The position numbers and the translations under genes were made by a program. A model generated the notes under the pieces. The model had not been told where the DNA came from, did no database searches, and saw only the letters and a program-made list of their open reading frames with translations. A stretch of 64,000 nucleotides of DNA from an uncultured Gammaproteobacteria bacterium (GTDB lineage Bacteria; Pseudomonadota; Gammaproteobacteria; JACCXJ01), in the NCBI GenBank assembly GCA_963764725.1, contig CAVXTM010000004.1:12095-76094 (forward strand), in the 5' to 3' direction. This document shows, one piece after another, positions 41,741 to 51,471 of this stretch; the stretch's first letter is position 1, and each line of letters opens with the position of its first letter.

Positions 41741-41977
41741 ACGACGGCATGCGGAACAAAGCATGTGGGTCGTGATTTATAGTTTGCCCTTTCTACGCAA
41801 ACTATAAATCGTGACCTGATTCCAACCCCGCACCCCGCGGGCAAAAATCCCCAATCCCTGAGAAACCGTTCCCCCAAAGCGTCCCTACCAGCAGCGGTCT
41901 GGCAGGAAAAGTGGGATCTTTGTCATTGCAGATAAATTCGATACAGCACCACTATAGGTAAACCAGGAGGATGAAGT

Positions 41978-43111
41978 ATGTCACAAGAAACGCTCGTGGA
42001 TGATCGGAGTTACCGAGTGGGGGCAGTGCGCAACATCGCGTTCGTCGCCTTTCCCGATTTTACGATGCTCGATGTGTGTGGCCCGTACGAGGTGTTCGCG
42101 GGTGCGGATGTCTGGTTGCGCAAGACCGGCAGGATAGACCGGCCTGTGTACCATCTGGACGTCATCGCGCCGCAAGCCGGACCGCTCCGGACCTCCTCGG
42201 GGCTCCAGATCGTCGCGGATCATGCCTACCCAGAGTTCGATCAGCCGATCGATACGCTGGTCGTGGCGGGCGGCGTGGAAGGCATGGAGCGGGCGTGTGC
42301 CGATGCGGCGTTGATCTCATGGATCAAGGAGGCCGCGGCACGGGCACGTAGGGTCGCATCGGTCTGCTCCGGCGCCTTTCTGCTTGCCGAGAGCGGTCTC
42401 TTAGATGGTCGCCGGGCGACCACGCACTGGGCTTTCAGCAAGCGGCTGGCTAACGCCTACCCGTCGGTCTGCGTCGAGGCGGATCAGATCTTTATCCGGG
42501 ACGGTCATATCTACACCTCGGGCGGGATCACCGCCGGTATCGATCTGGCCTTGGCCTTGGTGGAAGAGGATCACGGCCCCGACGCCGCACTGCTGGTCGC
42601 GCGCCTCCTGGTGATGTTCCTGAGGCGCCCGGGAAGCCAATCGCAATTCAACACCTATCTGGGCTCGGGGCCCGACAGCCGGCACGATAGTCGAGAGTTA
42701 CACGCTGAGATCCCGGGTCAGCTGGCTTCCCGTCTGGGTAGCGAGGCGCTCTCGTACTTGAGCACAAAGACCCACAGCCGGCCTGATATGCGTGAGTTGC
42801 AGGCCTGGATCCTGGCTCATCCGGATGCCGATCTGAGCATCGAGGCGCTCTCGGAGCGGACGGCCATGAGCCCGCGAAACTTCGCCCGGCTTTTCGTGAC
42901 GGAGACGGGCATGACGCCAGCCAAGTTCGTGGAACAGGCGCGCCTCGAGGCAGCACGCTGCAAGTTGGAGCAGACGGCTCTCCCCGTCGAGGCCATCGCC
43001 GAGCGCTGCGGGTTCGGTGATCCCGAACGCATGCGCCGGAGCTTCCGCCGGATGCTCCGGGTCAGCCCGCAGGACTATCGCGCGCGCTTCAAGTCTACGG
43101 TATTGCACTGA
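41978..43111 (+). CDS. GlxA-family (DJ-1/PfpI plus AraC) regulator 1, with an internal 33 aa duplication
   Basis: SVCSGAFLLA, ATTHW, TSGGITAGIDL, MSPRNFARLF, CGFGDPERMRR. Confidence 0.92.
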   Translation: MSQETLVDDRSYRVGAVRNIAFVAFPDFTMLDVCGPYEVFAGADVWLRKTGRIDRPVYHLDVIAPQAGPLRTSSGLQIVADHAYPEFDQPIDTLVVAGGVEGMERACADAALISWIKEAAARARRVASVCSGAFLLAESGLLDGRRATTHWAFSKRLANAYPSVCVEADQIFIRDGHIYTSGGITAGIDLALALVEEDHGPDAALLVARLLVMFLRRPGSQSQFNTYLGSGPDSRHDSRELHAEIPGQLASRLGSEALSYLSTKTHSRPDMRELQAWILAHPDADLSIEALSERTAMSPRNFARLFVTETGMTPAKFVEQARLEAARCKLEQTALPVEAIAERCGFGDPERMRRSFRRMLRVSPQDYRARFKSTVLH

Positions 43112-43382
43112 GGGATTGCTGATGGGCGGCTACTCGCCGGTCCTTCGCCCTGTTTGGAACAGCAGATCGATATGCACAGAGCCATCGCTACCACGCTTTC
43201 CGAGCTTCGCCGTGAGTGGGCTTCATGGATCTCTCTTTGGAGCTTCCTCGTGCACCTCAACGATCTGGACTTCTACAAAGAGCTAGATGAGCAACTCGAG
43301 ATTTGCATTGCGCTATCGGCCTCGCGCCGCGAGGGTGTGCATGGGAAACGATCATGGCCAATTGAATGCGTCGGCGAGAGAT

Positions 43383-43399
43383 CTGTGAACTTTTCACAG
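43383..43399. promoter_or_regulatory. Palindrome CTGTGAA-N3-TTCACAG upstream of the hypX remnant
   Basis: Perfect inverted repeat; a related box at 45040-45056 lies almost the same distance from the intact hypX start. Confidence 0.6.
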
Positions 43400-43460
43400 C
43401 AATCGGGGAAATATAGGGTAACGGTAGTCGCGGCATCATCTACACATTGAGGGGCACATT

Positions 43461-43592
43461 ATGAACATTTTATTTTTTACCTCAGCGCACAATAGCCTAA
43501 GTCAGCGCTTGTTGATCGAGCTTACGGACCGAGGCCATCAAGTTTCGGTCGCTTGGGCCACGAGTGATGAGGCGCTGTTAAACGCGGTCGCA
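43461..43592 (+). pseudogene. hypX: 5' remnant of hypX/hoxX
   Basis: MNILFFTSAHNSLSQRLLIELTDRGHQVSVAWATSD; DNA near-identical to 45117-45247. Confidence 0.9.
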
Positions 43593-43621
43593 CTCTACCA
43601 GTGTCCTTTCGGAGGAAAATC

Positions 43622-43927
43622 ATGAAACCACTTATTACACCATGGCGCCAGCGAATTTATACAAGCGGAAAAGATCCAGTAAGCCTCTCGTGCATAAGCT
43701 TCGAGAGTGCGGTGGATGTTTCGGTAGCTCTTAATGACCACCAGGTTATCACTTTGAAAAAAGCGCAATGTGTCCGAGAACAGATCGGGCAGGCCGTGGA
43801 GAAGCTCGATATCGAAGTCCTGCTTGATCCGAATATGCCTCATCTGGGCAGCATGGAGGTGTTGGCTAGAATCAAGCGGGATCTAAGTCGCAATCTGCAT
43901 TCTATGACGCCCGTGAAAGTGGCGTAA
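43622..43927 (+). pseudogene. Degenerate receiver-domain-like ORF
   Basis: VLLDPNMPHLGSMEVLARIK resembles the REC D-x-x-MP motif; the rest is not recognisable. Confidence 0.4.
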
Positions 43928-43939
43928 AGGAAGGATCGC

Positions 43940-44968
43940 TTGTTGCAAAAACCCCTTATTCCCTATGCGCTGACTCACGACCGGAAAGTGAGACGTATCG
44001 GTATCGTCGCATTCCCCGGGGTTGAGGTCTTGGACATTAGCGGGCCAATGGAAGTGTTTTCTTTCGCCAGCCTAGGTTTACAGCGAGCGGGCGTCACCAG
44101 GGAAGCCGTTTATACGTTCGAAGTGCTGGCGGAAAAGCCGGGGCCCGTTAAGACCTTATCCGGCTTGCAGATCATAGCCGATAGAGCCTACTGCGATATA
44201 ACGAACGGTATCGATACCTTGTTGATTCCCGGCGGTGATATGGCGTCTGTGTTGGGCGATCGCTTATTGGTAGATTGGATACGCGCCATGGCACCGCGGG
44301 TCAGAAGGCTCGCTTCGATCTGCACCGGGGCTTTTCTGCTAGCAGAAAGCGGCCTCCTCGACGGTCGCCAAGCTACCACCCATTGGGACTTTTGTAACCA
44401 GTTAGCCTGCAAATATCCGTCGATTACGGTCGATGCGGACCGGATTTTTGTACAGGACGATTTCATTTTTACGTCGGCAGGTATCACCTCCGGCATCGAT
44501 CTCGCGTTAGCGATGGTGGAAGAAGACTGGGGACGGGAGCTGGCGTTATATGTCGCACGCTTCTTGGTGGTTTTTCTCAAGCGGCCAGGCGGTCAATCTC
44601 AATTCAGTGCCTATCTGACCAGTGAGCCGGCTAGACATCCGGATCTACGCGACATGCAGGCCTGGATCATGGACCATCCCACAGAGGATTTCCGGATCGA
44701 AGCGATCGCTGAGCGCATGGCCATGAGCCCACGCAATTTCGCCAGAGTTTTCTTAACGGAAACCGGCATGACCCCGGCTAAATTCGTGGAAAGGGCGCGT
44801 ATCGATGCTGCGCGCTATTACTTAGAGAGCACCGAGCTGCCGATTGAAACCGTGGCAGACAAATCAGGTTTTCGCGACCCTGAACGCATGCGCCGGACGT
44901 TTCATCGCTTGCTCGGCGTGAGTGCCCAAGATTACCGCGCTCGATTCAAGTCGACGACTAGGCATTGA
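43940..44968 (+). CDS. GlxA-family (DJ-1/PfpI plus AraC) regulator 2
   Basis: SICTGAFLLA, ATTHW, TSAGITSGIDL, RPGGQSQFS; paralogue of 41978-43111. Confidence 0.93.
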   Translation: MLQKPLIPYALTHDRKVRRIGIVAFPGVEVLDISGPMEVFSFASLGLQRAGVTREAVYTFEVLAEKPGPVKTLSGLQIIADRAYCDITNGIDTLLIPGGDMASVLGDRLLVDWIRAMAPRVRRLASICTGAFLLAESGLLDGRQATTHWDFCNQLACKYPSITVDADRIFVQDDFIFTSAGITSGIDLALAMVEEDWGRELALYVARFLVVFLKRPGGQSQFSAYLTSEPARHPDLRDMQAWIMDHPTEDFRIEAIAERMAMSPRNFARVFLTETGMTPAKFVERARIDAARYYLESTELPIETVADKSGFRDPERMRRTFHRLLGVSAQDYRARFKSTTRH

Positions 44969-45039
44969 AATGACGTTACACGGAAATCGAAAGCTACGGC
45001 ACGCTTTCGTCACGGTCACGCGCGCGATCGGATTGGGAA

Positions 45040-45056
45040 ACGTGAATTTGTCACAG
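45040..45056. promoter_or_regulatory. Box aCGTGAA-N3-GTCACAG upstream of hypX
   Basis: Matches the 43383-43399 palindrome with conserved spacing to the ATG. Confidence 0.55.
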
Positions 45057-45116
45057 AAGTTTTGCGAGAAAAGAATTATTTTCAGATGGCGCTAATAAGC
45101 GCTGGAGGGGCTAATT

Positions 45117-46850
45117 ATGAAAATCCTATTTATTACTTCTGCCCACAACAGTCTGAGTCAACGCCTGTTGATCGAGCTTACGGACCGAGGCCATCAAGTT
45201 TCGGTCGCTTTGGCCACGAGTGATGGCGCGATGCTAACCGCGGTCGCGGAGCATGCGCCCGATCTCATCATTGCGCCGATGCTAAAAGTCGCTGTTCCGG
45301 AGGCGATCTGGTCTCGGTATAAATGTCTCATCGTTCATCCCGGCATCAAGGGCGATCGGGGACCTTCCTCGCTCGATTGGGCTATTGCGAGCGGGCAAGA
45401 GAGTTGGGGTGTCACCATCTTGGAGGCGGCGAAGGAGTTCGATGCGGGCCCAATCTGGGCGACCCACGAGTTCCCGATCGAAGGCCAGTCGCTTACCAAG
45501 AGCAGTCTCTACCGTCACCAAGTGACCGAAGCGGCGGTGCGTGGTGTGATCGAGGCCGTGGCTAAGTTCGAGTCGGGTGAGTTCCAACCCGAGCTGCTCG
45601 ATTACAGCAAGCCCGGTGTCCGCGGTTGTTTGCGCCCACCGATGCGCCAGCCGGATCGCAGCATCGACTGGATGCGGGACCCGACAGAGGTCATCGCGCG
45701 AAAGATCCGAGCCGCCGATAGCGCCCCCGGGGTGTTGGACACCTTGTTCGGCAAGGCGTATTACCTCTACGGCGCACACGAGGAAGACCGCATCAAGGGA
45801 GCGCCCGGCGAGATCCTGGCTCAGCGGCATGGGGCCATCTGCCGCGGCACCGTCGATGGAGCCATCTGGATCACCCACCTCAAAGCCAAGGACCACGGAC
45901 CCTTCGCCGGGATCAAATTGCCGGCCATTCAGGTGCTGGGAGAATTCTTCCACACCCCCACCGCGATGCTTTCAATTGGGGCGCCGATAGATTTCTGCAC
46001 CTTCCGCGAGATCCGCTACGCCGAGAAGGACCAGGTCGGGTATCTGTACTTCGATTTTTACAACGGCGCGATGAGCACCGAGCAGTGCTACCGGCTACGC
46101 GACGCGTTCCTGGCGGCGCGGGCCCGCCCCACCAAGGCGATCGTGCTCTTTGGGGGGCGCGACTTCTGGTCCAATGGGATCCACCTCAATGTGATCGAGG
46201 CAGCTCCCGATCCCGCCATGGAGTCCTGGCGCAACATCAACGCCATCGATGACTTTATCTATGAGATCCTCAACACGATGTCACATCTGGTGATCGCGGG
46301 TTTACGCGGCAATGCCGGCGCAGGAGGCGCGATGCTTGCCCTCGCGGCCGATTATGTCTATGCGCGCCGGGGCGTGGTGCTCAACCCTCACTACAAAAAC
46401 ATGGGGGGACTCTATGGCTCGGAATACCATACCTACACCCTACCGCGACGGGTCGGCCCGGCGCAGGCGGCCGAGCTAACCGATTGCTGTCGGCCCATAG
46501 GCACCCAGGCGGCCAAAGCAATTGACTTCCTTGATGGCGCCTTCGGCGACAGCAGCGACGAATTCGAGCAGGAGATGATGCGAAGGGCGACGGGAATGGT
46601 GCAGGATCCGTGCATCTGGCGCCTACTGCGTGAGAAGCACGAGAAGCGGCTCGCGGGCCACTGCATCAAGCCCCTCGCGGCCTACCGCGCCGAAGAGCTC
46701 AAGAAGATGCGCACCAATTTCTTCGGTCCGGACCCCGCGTATCACGAGGCGCGACAGAGGTTTGTGTATAAGGGCGCCCCACTCTCGCGTGTTCCAGAGA
46801 AGACGGCGCGCCAGCCCGTTGCCATCAGGTCGTTGCGGGCGATGGCATAG
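45117..46850 (+). CDS. hypX: HypX/HoxX (formyltransferase plus enoyl-CoA hydratase-like domain, CO-forming)
   Basis: NSLSQRL, HPGIKGDRGPSSLDWA, FDAGPIWA, FYNGAMST, WSNGIHLN, GNAGAGG, NPHYKNMGGLYGSEY. Confidence 0.93.
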   Translation: MKILFITSAHNSLSQRLLIELTDRGHQVSVALATSDGAMLTAVAEHAPDLIIAPMLKVAVPEAIWSRYKCLIVHPGIKGDRGPSSLDWAIASGQESWGVTILEAAKEFDAGPIWATHEFPIEGQSLTKSSLYRHQVTEAAVRGVIEAVAKFESGEFQPELLDYSKPGVRGCLRPPMRQPDRSIDWMRDPTEVIARKIRAADSAPGVLDTLFGKAYYLYGAHEEDRIKGAPGEILAQRHGAICRGTVDGAIWITHLKAKDHGPFAGIKLPAIQVLGEFFHTPTAMLSIGAPIDFCTFREIRYAEKDQVGYLYFDFYNGAMSTEQCYRLRDAFLAARARPTKAIVLFGGRDFWSNGIHLNVIEAAPDPAMESWRNINAIDDFIYEILNTMSHLVIAGLRGNAGAGGAMLALAADYVYARRGVVLNPHYKNMGGLYGSEYHTYTLPRRVGPAQAAELTDCCRPIGTQAAKAIDFLDGAFGDSSDEFEQEMMRRATGMVQDPCIWRLLREKHEKRLAGHCIKPLAAYRAEELKKMRTNFFGPDPAYHEARQRFVYKGAPLSRVPEKTARQPVAIRSLRAMA

Positions 46851-46860
46851 AGCCGAAGAT

Positions 46861-47748
46861 ATGGCTGCCATCGTTATAAACGGCAATGCCATCGCGGCAG
46901 CGGTACGCCGGGAATGGAAGGAGCGGGCAGAGGCACTGAAACGACGCGGCGTCCTGCCGGCTCTGGCGGTGGTCATCGTCGGAGACAATCTAGCGTCCAA
47001 GATCTATGTGCGTAACAAGGTCAAAGCGTGCTACGAAGTGGGGGTGCATTCCGAGGTGCACGAGTTGCCTACCGACGTCGGCGAGGACATGGTCCTGGCC
47101 CAGATACGGCGCCTCAATCACAACCCTGATATTCACGGCATCCTGGTGCAGTTACCACTACCGCCGCAGCTCGACAGGGACAAGGTCCTCGCCACCGTGT
47201 CGGCGGACAAGGACGTCAACGGGTTTCATGTTCACAACCTGGGCACCTTGGTAACCGGGAACGCGCTGGTCCCGCCGTGCACGCCATACGGCATTCAGTG
47301 TCTTCTCGATCACATGCAGATCCCCATAGAGGGCCAGAACGCCGTGGTGGTGGGACGCAGCACGATCGTCGGCAAACCGATGGCCCTGATGCTCCTTCAG
47401 AAGGGAGCCACGGTCAGCATCTGCACCTCGAAGACCAGGGACCTCGCGACGTACACGCGCCTTGCGGACATCCTCGTGGTGGCGGCGGGTAAGCCGAATC
47501 TCATCACCGCGGCCATGGTGAAGGAAGGTGCTGCGGTGATCGATGTCGGGATCAATCGCGCACCGGATGGCCGTCTGGTGGGTGACGTAGATTTCGATGC
47601 GGTCCAAGAGAACGCTGGTTACATCACGCCCGTACCGGGTGGGGTCGGTCCGATGACGATCGCGATGCTCATCGCCAATACGGTGCGTGCGGCCGAGCGG
47701 CTGGCGGACGAAGCGCAGACGCAAAGAGGTCAAGTCTCGACATTTTAA
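46861..47748 (+). CDS. folD: Methylene-THF dehydrogenase/cyclohydrolase
   Basis: YVRNK, HGILVQLPLP, KDVNGFH, PCTP, GRSTIVGKP, TPVPGGVGPMT; starts 10 bp after hypX. Confidence 0.93.
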   Translation: MAAIVINGNAIAAAVRREWKERAEALKRRGVLPALAVVIVGDNLASKIYVRNKVKACYEVGVHSEVHELPTDVGEDMVLAQIRRLNHNPDIHGILVQLPLPPQLDRDKVLATVSADKDVNGFHVHNLGTLVTGNALVPPCTPYGIQCLLDHMQIPIEGQNAVVVGRSTIVGKPMALMLLQKGATVSICTSKTRDLATYTRLADILVVAAGKPNLITAAMVKEGAAVIDVGINRAPDGRLVGDVDFDAVQENAGYITPVPGGVGPMTIAMLIANTVRAAERLADEAQTQRGQVSTF

Positions 47749-47928
47749 TAAACGTATATGTTAAAGACCAAACCCCGTCTGCGTTTTCTGAAGAACAGCG
47801 ACTTCCTTGACGCGGCGGAGCGCCATGGCCGAGGGAATGACGGCCTCGCCGTCCTGGCACGCGCTTGCGCCCTCGCAGGTGTGAGAGCGCTTGTCGACCA
47901 CCCCTGCCGGGCTTACCGTTGAGGAAGC

Positions 47929-48630
47929 CTAGAACCAGAACCGGATCCCGGCGACGAATGCGGAAGTGTCAAATGCTTCTTCCCCGCCTTTCGCTAAATC
48001 GGCTGTTCGGCCGACCTTCCGTTCCCAAACGAAGCCGATGTACGGCGCGAGCTCACGCACAATCTCGTAGCGCAGCCGTAGACCCAGCTCAACCTGGCTC
48101 AGCCCGGGGCCGATCCGGAGTTCCTCCACCTCCTGGACGGCGAAGTCCAATTCGAACGACGGCTGCAGGATCAGTCGCTGCGTAAGAAGAATCTGGTACT
48201 CGACCTCAAGGCGGGCGGACACATCGCCCTCCTCGCTGATGAACATGTCCGCGTCCACTTCATAGAGATAAGGTGCGAGACCATGGAGAGCGAACACGGC
48301 ATAAGCTCGCGAGGGATCGGGTTCCACATCATAGCGGGCCCCGATGGCCAGGTCCCAAAAGGGCGTCACCAAGCGGCTGTATCGGAGCTGCACTTCGCTA
48401 CCGTCGATACCATCATCCCCTTGGGTCTTAAACCATGCGCGGTTGTAGTCCCCGCCGGCCCAGCCCCGCACATCCCAGGCCAGCGTGTCGGACCCGTTGT
48501 TCGCGATTCGGTACTCCAACTGCTCCCCCTGGACGTAGGTGAAGATCTGATCAGCGTGCGGTTGGGCGGGCGGCGCCGCTGCTAGGCTCGTCACCTTAAG
48601 CCAAAGCAGCGATGCCCAGAGCTTCCGCAT
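47929..48630 (-). CDS. copB: Copper resistance outer-membrane protein B
   Basis: GWAGGDYNR, GLAPY-YEVD, LLTQRLILQP, GLRLRYEI, GIRFWF. Confidence 0.9.
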   Translation of the reverse strand: MRKLWASLLWLKVTSLAAAPPAQPHADQIFTYVQGEQLEYRIANNGSDTLAWDVRGWAGGDYNRAWFKTQGDDGIDGSEVQLRYSRLVTPFWDLAIGARYDVEPDPSRAYAVFALHGLAPYLYEVDADMFISEEGDVSARLEVEYQILLTQRLILQPSFELDFAVQEVEELRIGPGLSQVELGLRLRYEIVRELAPYIGFVWERKVGRTADLAKGGEEAFDTSAFVAGIRFWF

Positions 48631-48674
48631 GCTTGGCTCGCCTCCTCGCTCGCCGCCGTCGCAACTCGGCTTGC

Positions 48675-50378
48675 TTAGCCGGGAGCCGCGGCATCCCGGG
48701 TGACGACGACCTTCCGAAACATGCCAGCCTCCATGTGGTAGAGCAAATGGCAGTGAAAGGCCCACTCGCCGAGCGCGTCGGCCGTCACCTCGAAGGACAG
48801 CCGCTCAGCCGGCTTCGCGTTGATTACGTGCTTGCGCGGCTTGTAGGCGCCCGCCCCGTTGTCGAGATCGCTCCACATCCCGTGTAGGTGCAAGGGATGA
48901 TTCATCATCGTGTCGTTCACGAAGGTGAAGCGCACGCGCTCCCCGTACCGGAGCCGGATGGGCTCGGCATCGGAGTATTTTTTTCCGTCGAACGACCAGA
49001 TGAAGCGCTGCATGTTGCCGGTAAGATGCAACTCGATCTCCCGGAACGGTTTTCTAAGGTCATAGCCGGGCTTGCTATTTCGCAGATCCGTGTAAACCAG
49101 GACGCGCCTGTCCGTAGTCTCGAGACCGATGCCGGGCTCGCTGAGCCTATTCGTCGGCATCATCGCTATCATCGCATTGCCAGGTCCGTGGTCGTCGGGT
49201 CCGTGCATTAATGCCGTCATCTCGTTCGCCTTATCGGCGGCCGCGTGTCCCATGCCATGCATTCCATCCATGTGCCCGCCGTGGTCCATACCTGCCGCTC
49301 GCGGTCCGCTCATAGGACCGTGTGCCATGCCCATGTCCGCCATCGTCAGCAACGGCCGCGGCCGCATCTCAGGGATAGGCGCGGACAGGCCCTCCCGCGG
49401 CGCAAGCGTGCCGCGCGCATAACCGCTGCGGTCCATCGCCTCGGCAAAGAGGGTATACGCGCGGTCGCTCTCAGGCTCCACGATCACATCGTAGGTCTCG
49501 GCCACCGCGATGCGGATCTCATCCACCGCGACCGGCTGCACATCCTGGCCGTCGGCCTGCACTACGGTCATCTTGAGCCCGGGGATGCGGACATCGAAGT
49601 AGGTCATCGCCGAGCCGTTGATAAACCGCAGCCGCACGCGCTCGCCCGTTTTGTAGAGCGCTGTGTAGTTGGCGGCGGGTGGTTTTCCGTTGATGAGAAA
49701 CGTGTAGGTGTAGCCCGTGACATCGGCGATATCCGTGGGGTCCATGCGCATGCGACCCCACTCGAGCCGATCGGAAATAGTCGCCCCCCAGCCCTTATCC
49801 GCAACGTCGCGGAAAAAATCAGAGGCGGTGCGTTTCTTGAAGTTGTAATACCCGCTTTGCTTCTTGAGCTTGGCGTAGACCGTGTGCGGATCCTCGTCGG
49901 TCCAGTCCGAGAGCATGACGATGTAGTCACGATCATAGCGGTAGTTTTCGCGACGGGCCGGCTCTATGATGATGGGCGCGTACATCCCTGCTTGCTCCTG
50001 GAACGCCGAGTGGCTGTGGTACCAGTAGGTGCCGCTCTGCTTGACGGGAAAGCGGTAGGTGAAGGTCGCACCCGGCGCGATCGCATCGAAACTGATCCCC
50101 GGCACCCCGTCCATGCTGGCAGGCAGGATGATCCCGTGCCAGTGGAGGGACGTCGGTTCGTCGAGGCGGTTGGTAACACGGATCGTCGCGTCCTCGCCCT
50201 CGCGCCAGCGGAGCACCGGGCCGGGCACGGATCCGTTGATCGTCGGAACCAATCGATCCCGACCGGTCAGATTAATCACCTTTTTTTCTATGACGAGGCC
50301 GAATTCACCTCCGTACGCAAAACTGGTTAGTCCCCATGCGCCGGCCAGAAATACACCTATCCGTCGCTTCGTCTCCAT
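48675..50378 (-). CDS. copA: CopA-family multicopper oxidase
   Basis: HWHG, WYHSH, HPLHLHG, HCHLLYH; Met/His-rich insert. Confidence 0.95.
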   Translation of the reverse strand: METKRRIGVFLAGAWGLTSFAYGGEFGLVIEKKVINLTGRDRLVPTINGSVPGPVLRWREGEDATIRVTNRLDEPTSLHWHGIILPASMDGVPGISFDAIAPGATFTYRFPVKQSGTYWYHSHSAFQEQAGMYAPIIIEPARRENYRYDRDYIVMLSDWTDEDPHTVYAKLKKQSGYYNFKKRTASDFFRDVADKGWGATISDRLEWGRMRMDPTDIADVTGYTYTFLINGKPPAANYTALYKTGERVRLRFINGSAMTYFDVRIPGLKMTVVQADGQDVQPVAVDEIRIAVAETYDVIVEPESDRAYTLFAEAMDRSGYARGTLAPREGLSAPIPEMRPRPLLTMADMGMAHGPMSGPRAAGMDHGGHMDGMHGMGHAAADKANEMTALMHGPDDHGPGNAMIAMMPTNRLSEPGIGLETTDRRVLVYTDLRNSKPGYDLRKPFREIELHLTGNMQRFIWSFDGKKYSDAEPIRLRYGERVRFTFVNDTMMNHPLHLHGMWSDLDNGAGAYKPRKHVINAKPAERLSFEVTADALGEWAFHCHLLYHMEAGMFRKVVVTRDAAAPG

Positions 50379-50520
50379 CGTTCTCAATCCAGCCGCACCG
50401 GCGCGAGCGAGCGCTGCGCGTAATGTTTTCCATGAAGCGCTCTCATCCCGTTCATCGTTGTCACGGCGTAAGCCAGAAAATCATCGGGCCGTTTCTCGCC
50501 GCAACTGCCCGGATCCCGGA

Positions 50521-51471
50521 CTACTTTTCGCGCTCCACGATGTAGCCGGCGAGACGCTGAAGCAGCTTGCCGGCCGATCCGAGACTGGAAATGGCGGCTG
50601 ATGCTTCGTTAAAGAGTTCCGCAGCGGCTCGCCGGGCGCCGTCCAACCCGAGGAGGTTGGGGTAGGTCGGTTTGTTGCGCGCCATGTCGGACCCTTGGGG
50701 TTTGCCGATGACCGCCGTGTGCCCTTCGACATCCAGGATATCGTCCTGGATCTGAAAGGCGAGTCCCACGCATTTCCCGTAGCGATCGAGCCGCTCCAAG
50801 ATTTCCGGATCCACGTTGGCTTGGGAAAGGGCGCCTAAACGCACGCTCGCGCGTATCAAGGCCCCGGTCTTATGAATATGCATGTTTTCGAGCTCGGCGA
50901 TGTTGAGCGTCTTGCCCACCGCGGCGAGATCGAGCGCCTGTCCGCCCGCCATTCCGCGCGACCCGCTGGCCGTCGCTATGGTGTCGATCATTCGCAGCCT
51001 TTGTTCGGCGCCTACCCGAATGTTCGGGTCGTGTGCGAGCACATGAAAGGCGAGCGCGTGGAGGGCGTCTCCAGCGAGAATGGCCGTGGCTTCATCGTAG
51101 GCCTTGTGGCAGGTCGGACGTCCGCGGCGGAGATCATCGTTGTCCATGGCCGGAAGATCGTCGTGCACCAGGGAATAGGCATGCACCAACTCCACCGCGC
51201 AGGCCGGCCCATCCAAGGCCTCACGGTTGACGCCCAACGCCGTTCCCGCCGCGTAGACGAGGAGCGGGCGGACGCGCTTACCGCCGCCTAAAACGGCGTA
51301 GCGCATGGCGGTGTGCAAGCTGGCCGGGACCTTGTGAGCCGACGGCAGCCACCGCTCCAAGGCTTGATCCACGGCCAGGCGGAATTGTTCGATTGACGCG
51401 CGGGCGGTCACAGGAGATTTAACGGTGCTCACTGACCGACCGGTAGCAACAACGCCATCATGGGTATTCAC
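50521..51471 (-). CDS. ispA: Farnesyl diphosphate synthase
   Basis: GGKRVRP, HDDLPAMD, KTGALI, FQIQDD. Confidence 0.95.
   Translation of the reverse strand: MNTHDGVVATGRSVSTVKSPVTARASIEQFRLAVDQALERWLPSAHKVPASLHTAMRYAVLGGGKRVRPLLVYAAGTALGVNREALDGPACAVELVHAYSLVHDDLPAMDNDDLRRGRPTCHKAYDEATAILAGDALHALAFHVLAHDPNIRVGAEQRLRMIDTIATASGSRGMAGGQALDLAAVGKTLNIAELENMHIHKTGALIRASVRLGALSQANVDPEILERLDRYGKCVGLAFQIQDDILDVEGHTAVIGKPQGSDMARNKPTYPNLLGLDGARRAAAELFNEASAAISSLGSAGKLLQRLAGYIVEREK

Noticed and set aside
43154-43450. 98 aa ORF between GlxA regulator 1 and the hypX remnant
   Set aside because: TTG start, no recognised motif, and it overlaps the putative operator; not supportable as a gene.
46630-46860. 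N-terminal extension of FolD in the ORF track
   Set aside because: It overlaps the hypX 3' end; FolD similarity starts at ATG 46861.
49190-49345. Met/His-rich low-complexity stretch
   Set aside because: Normal feature of CopA multicopper oxidases.
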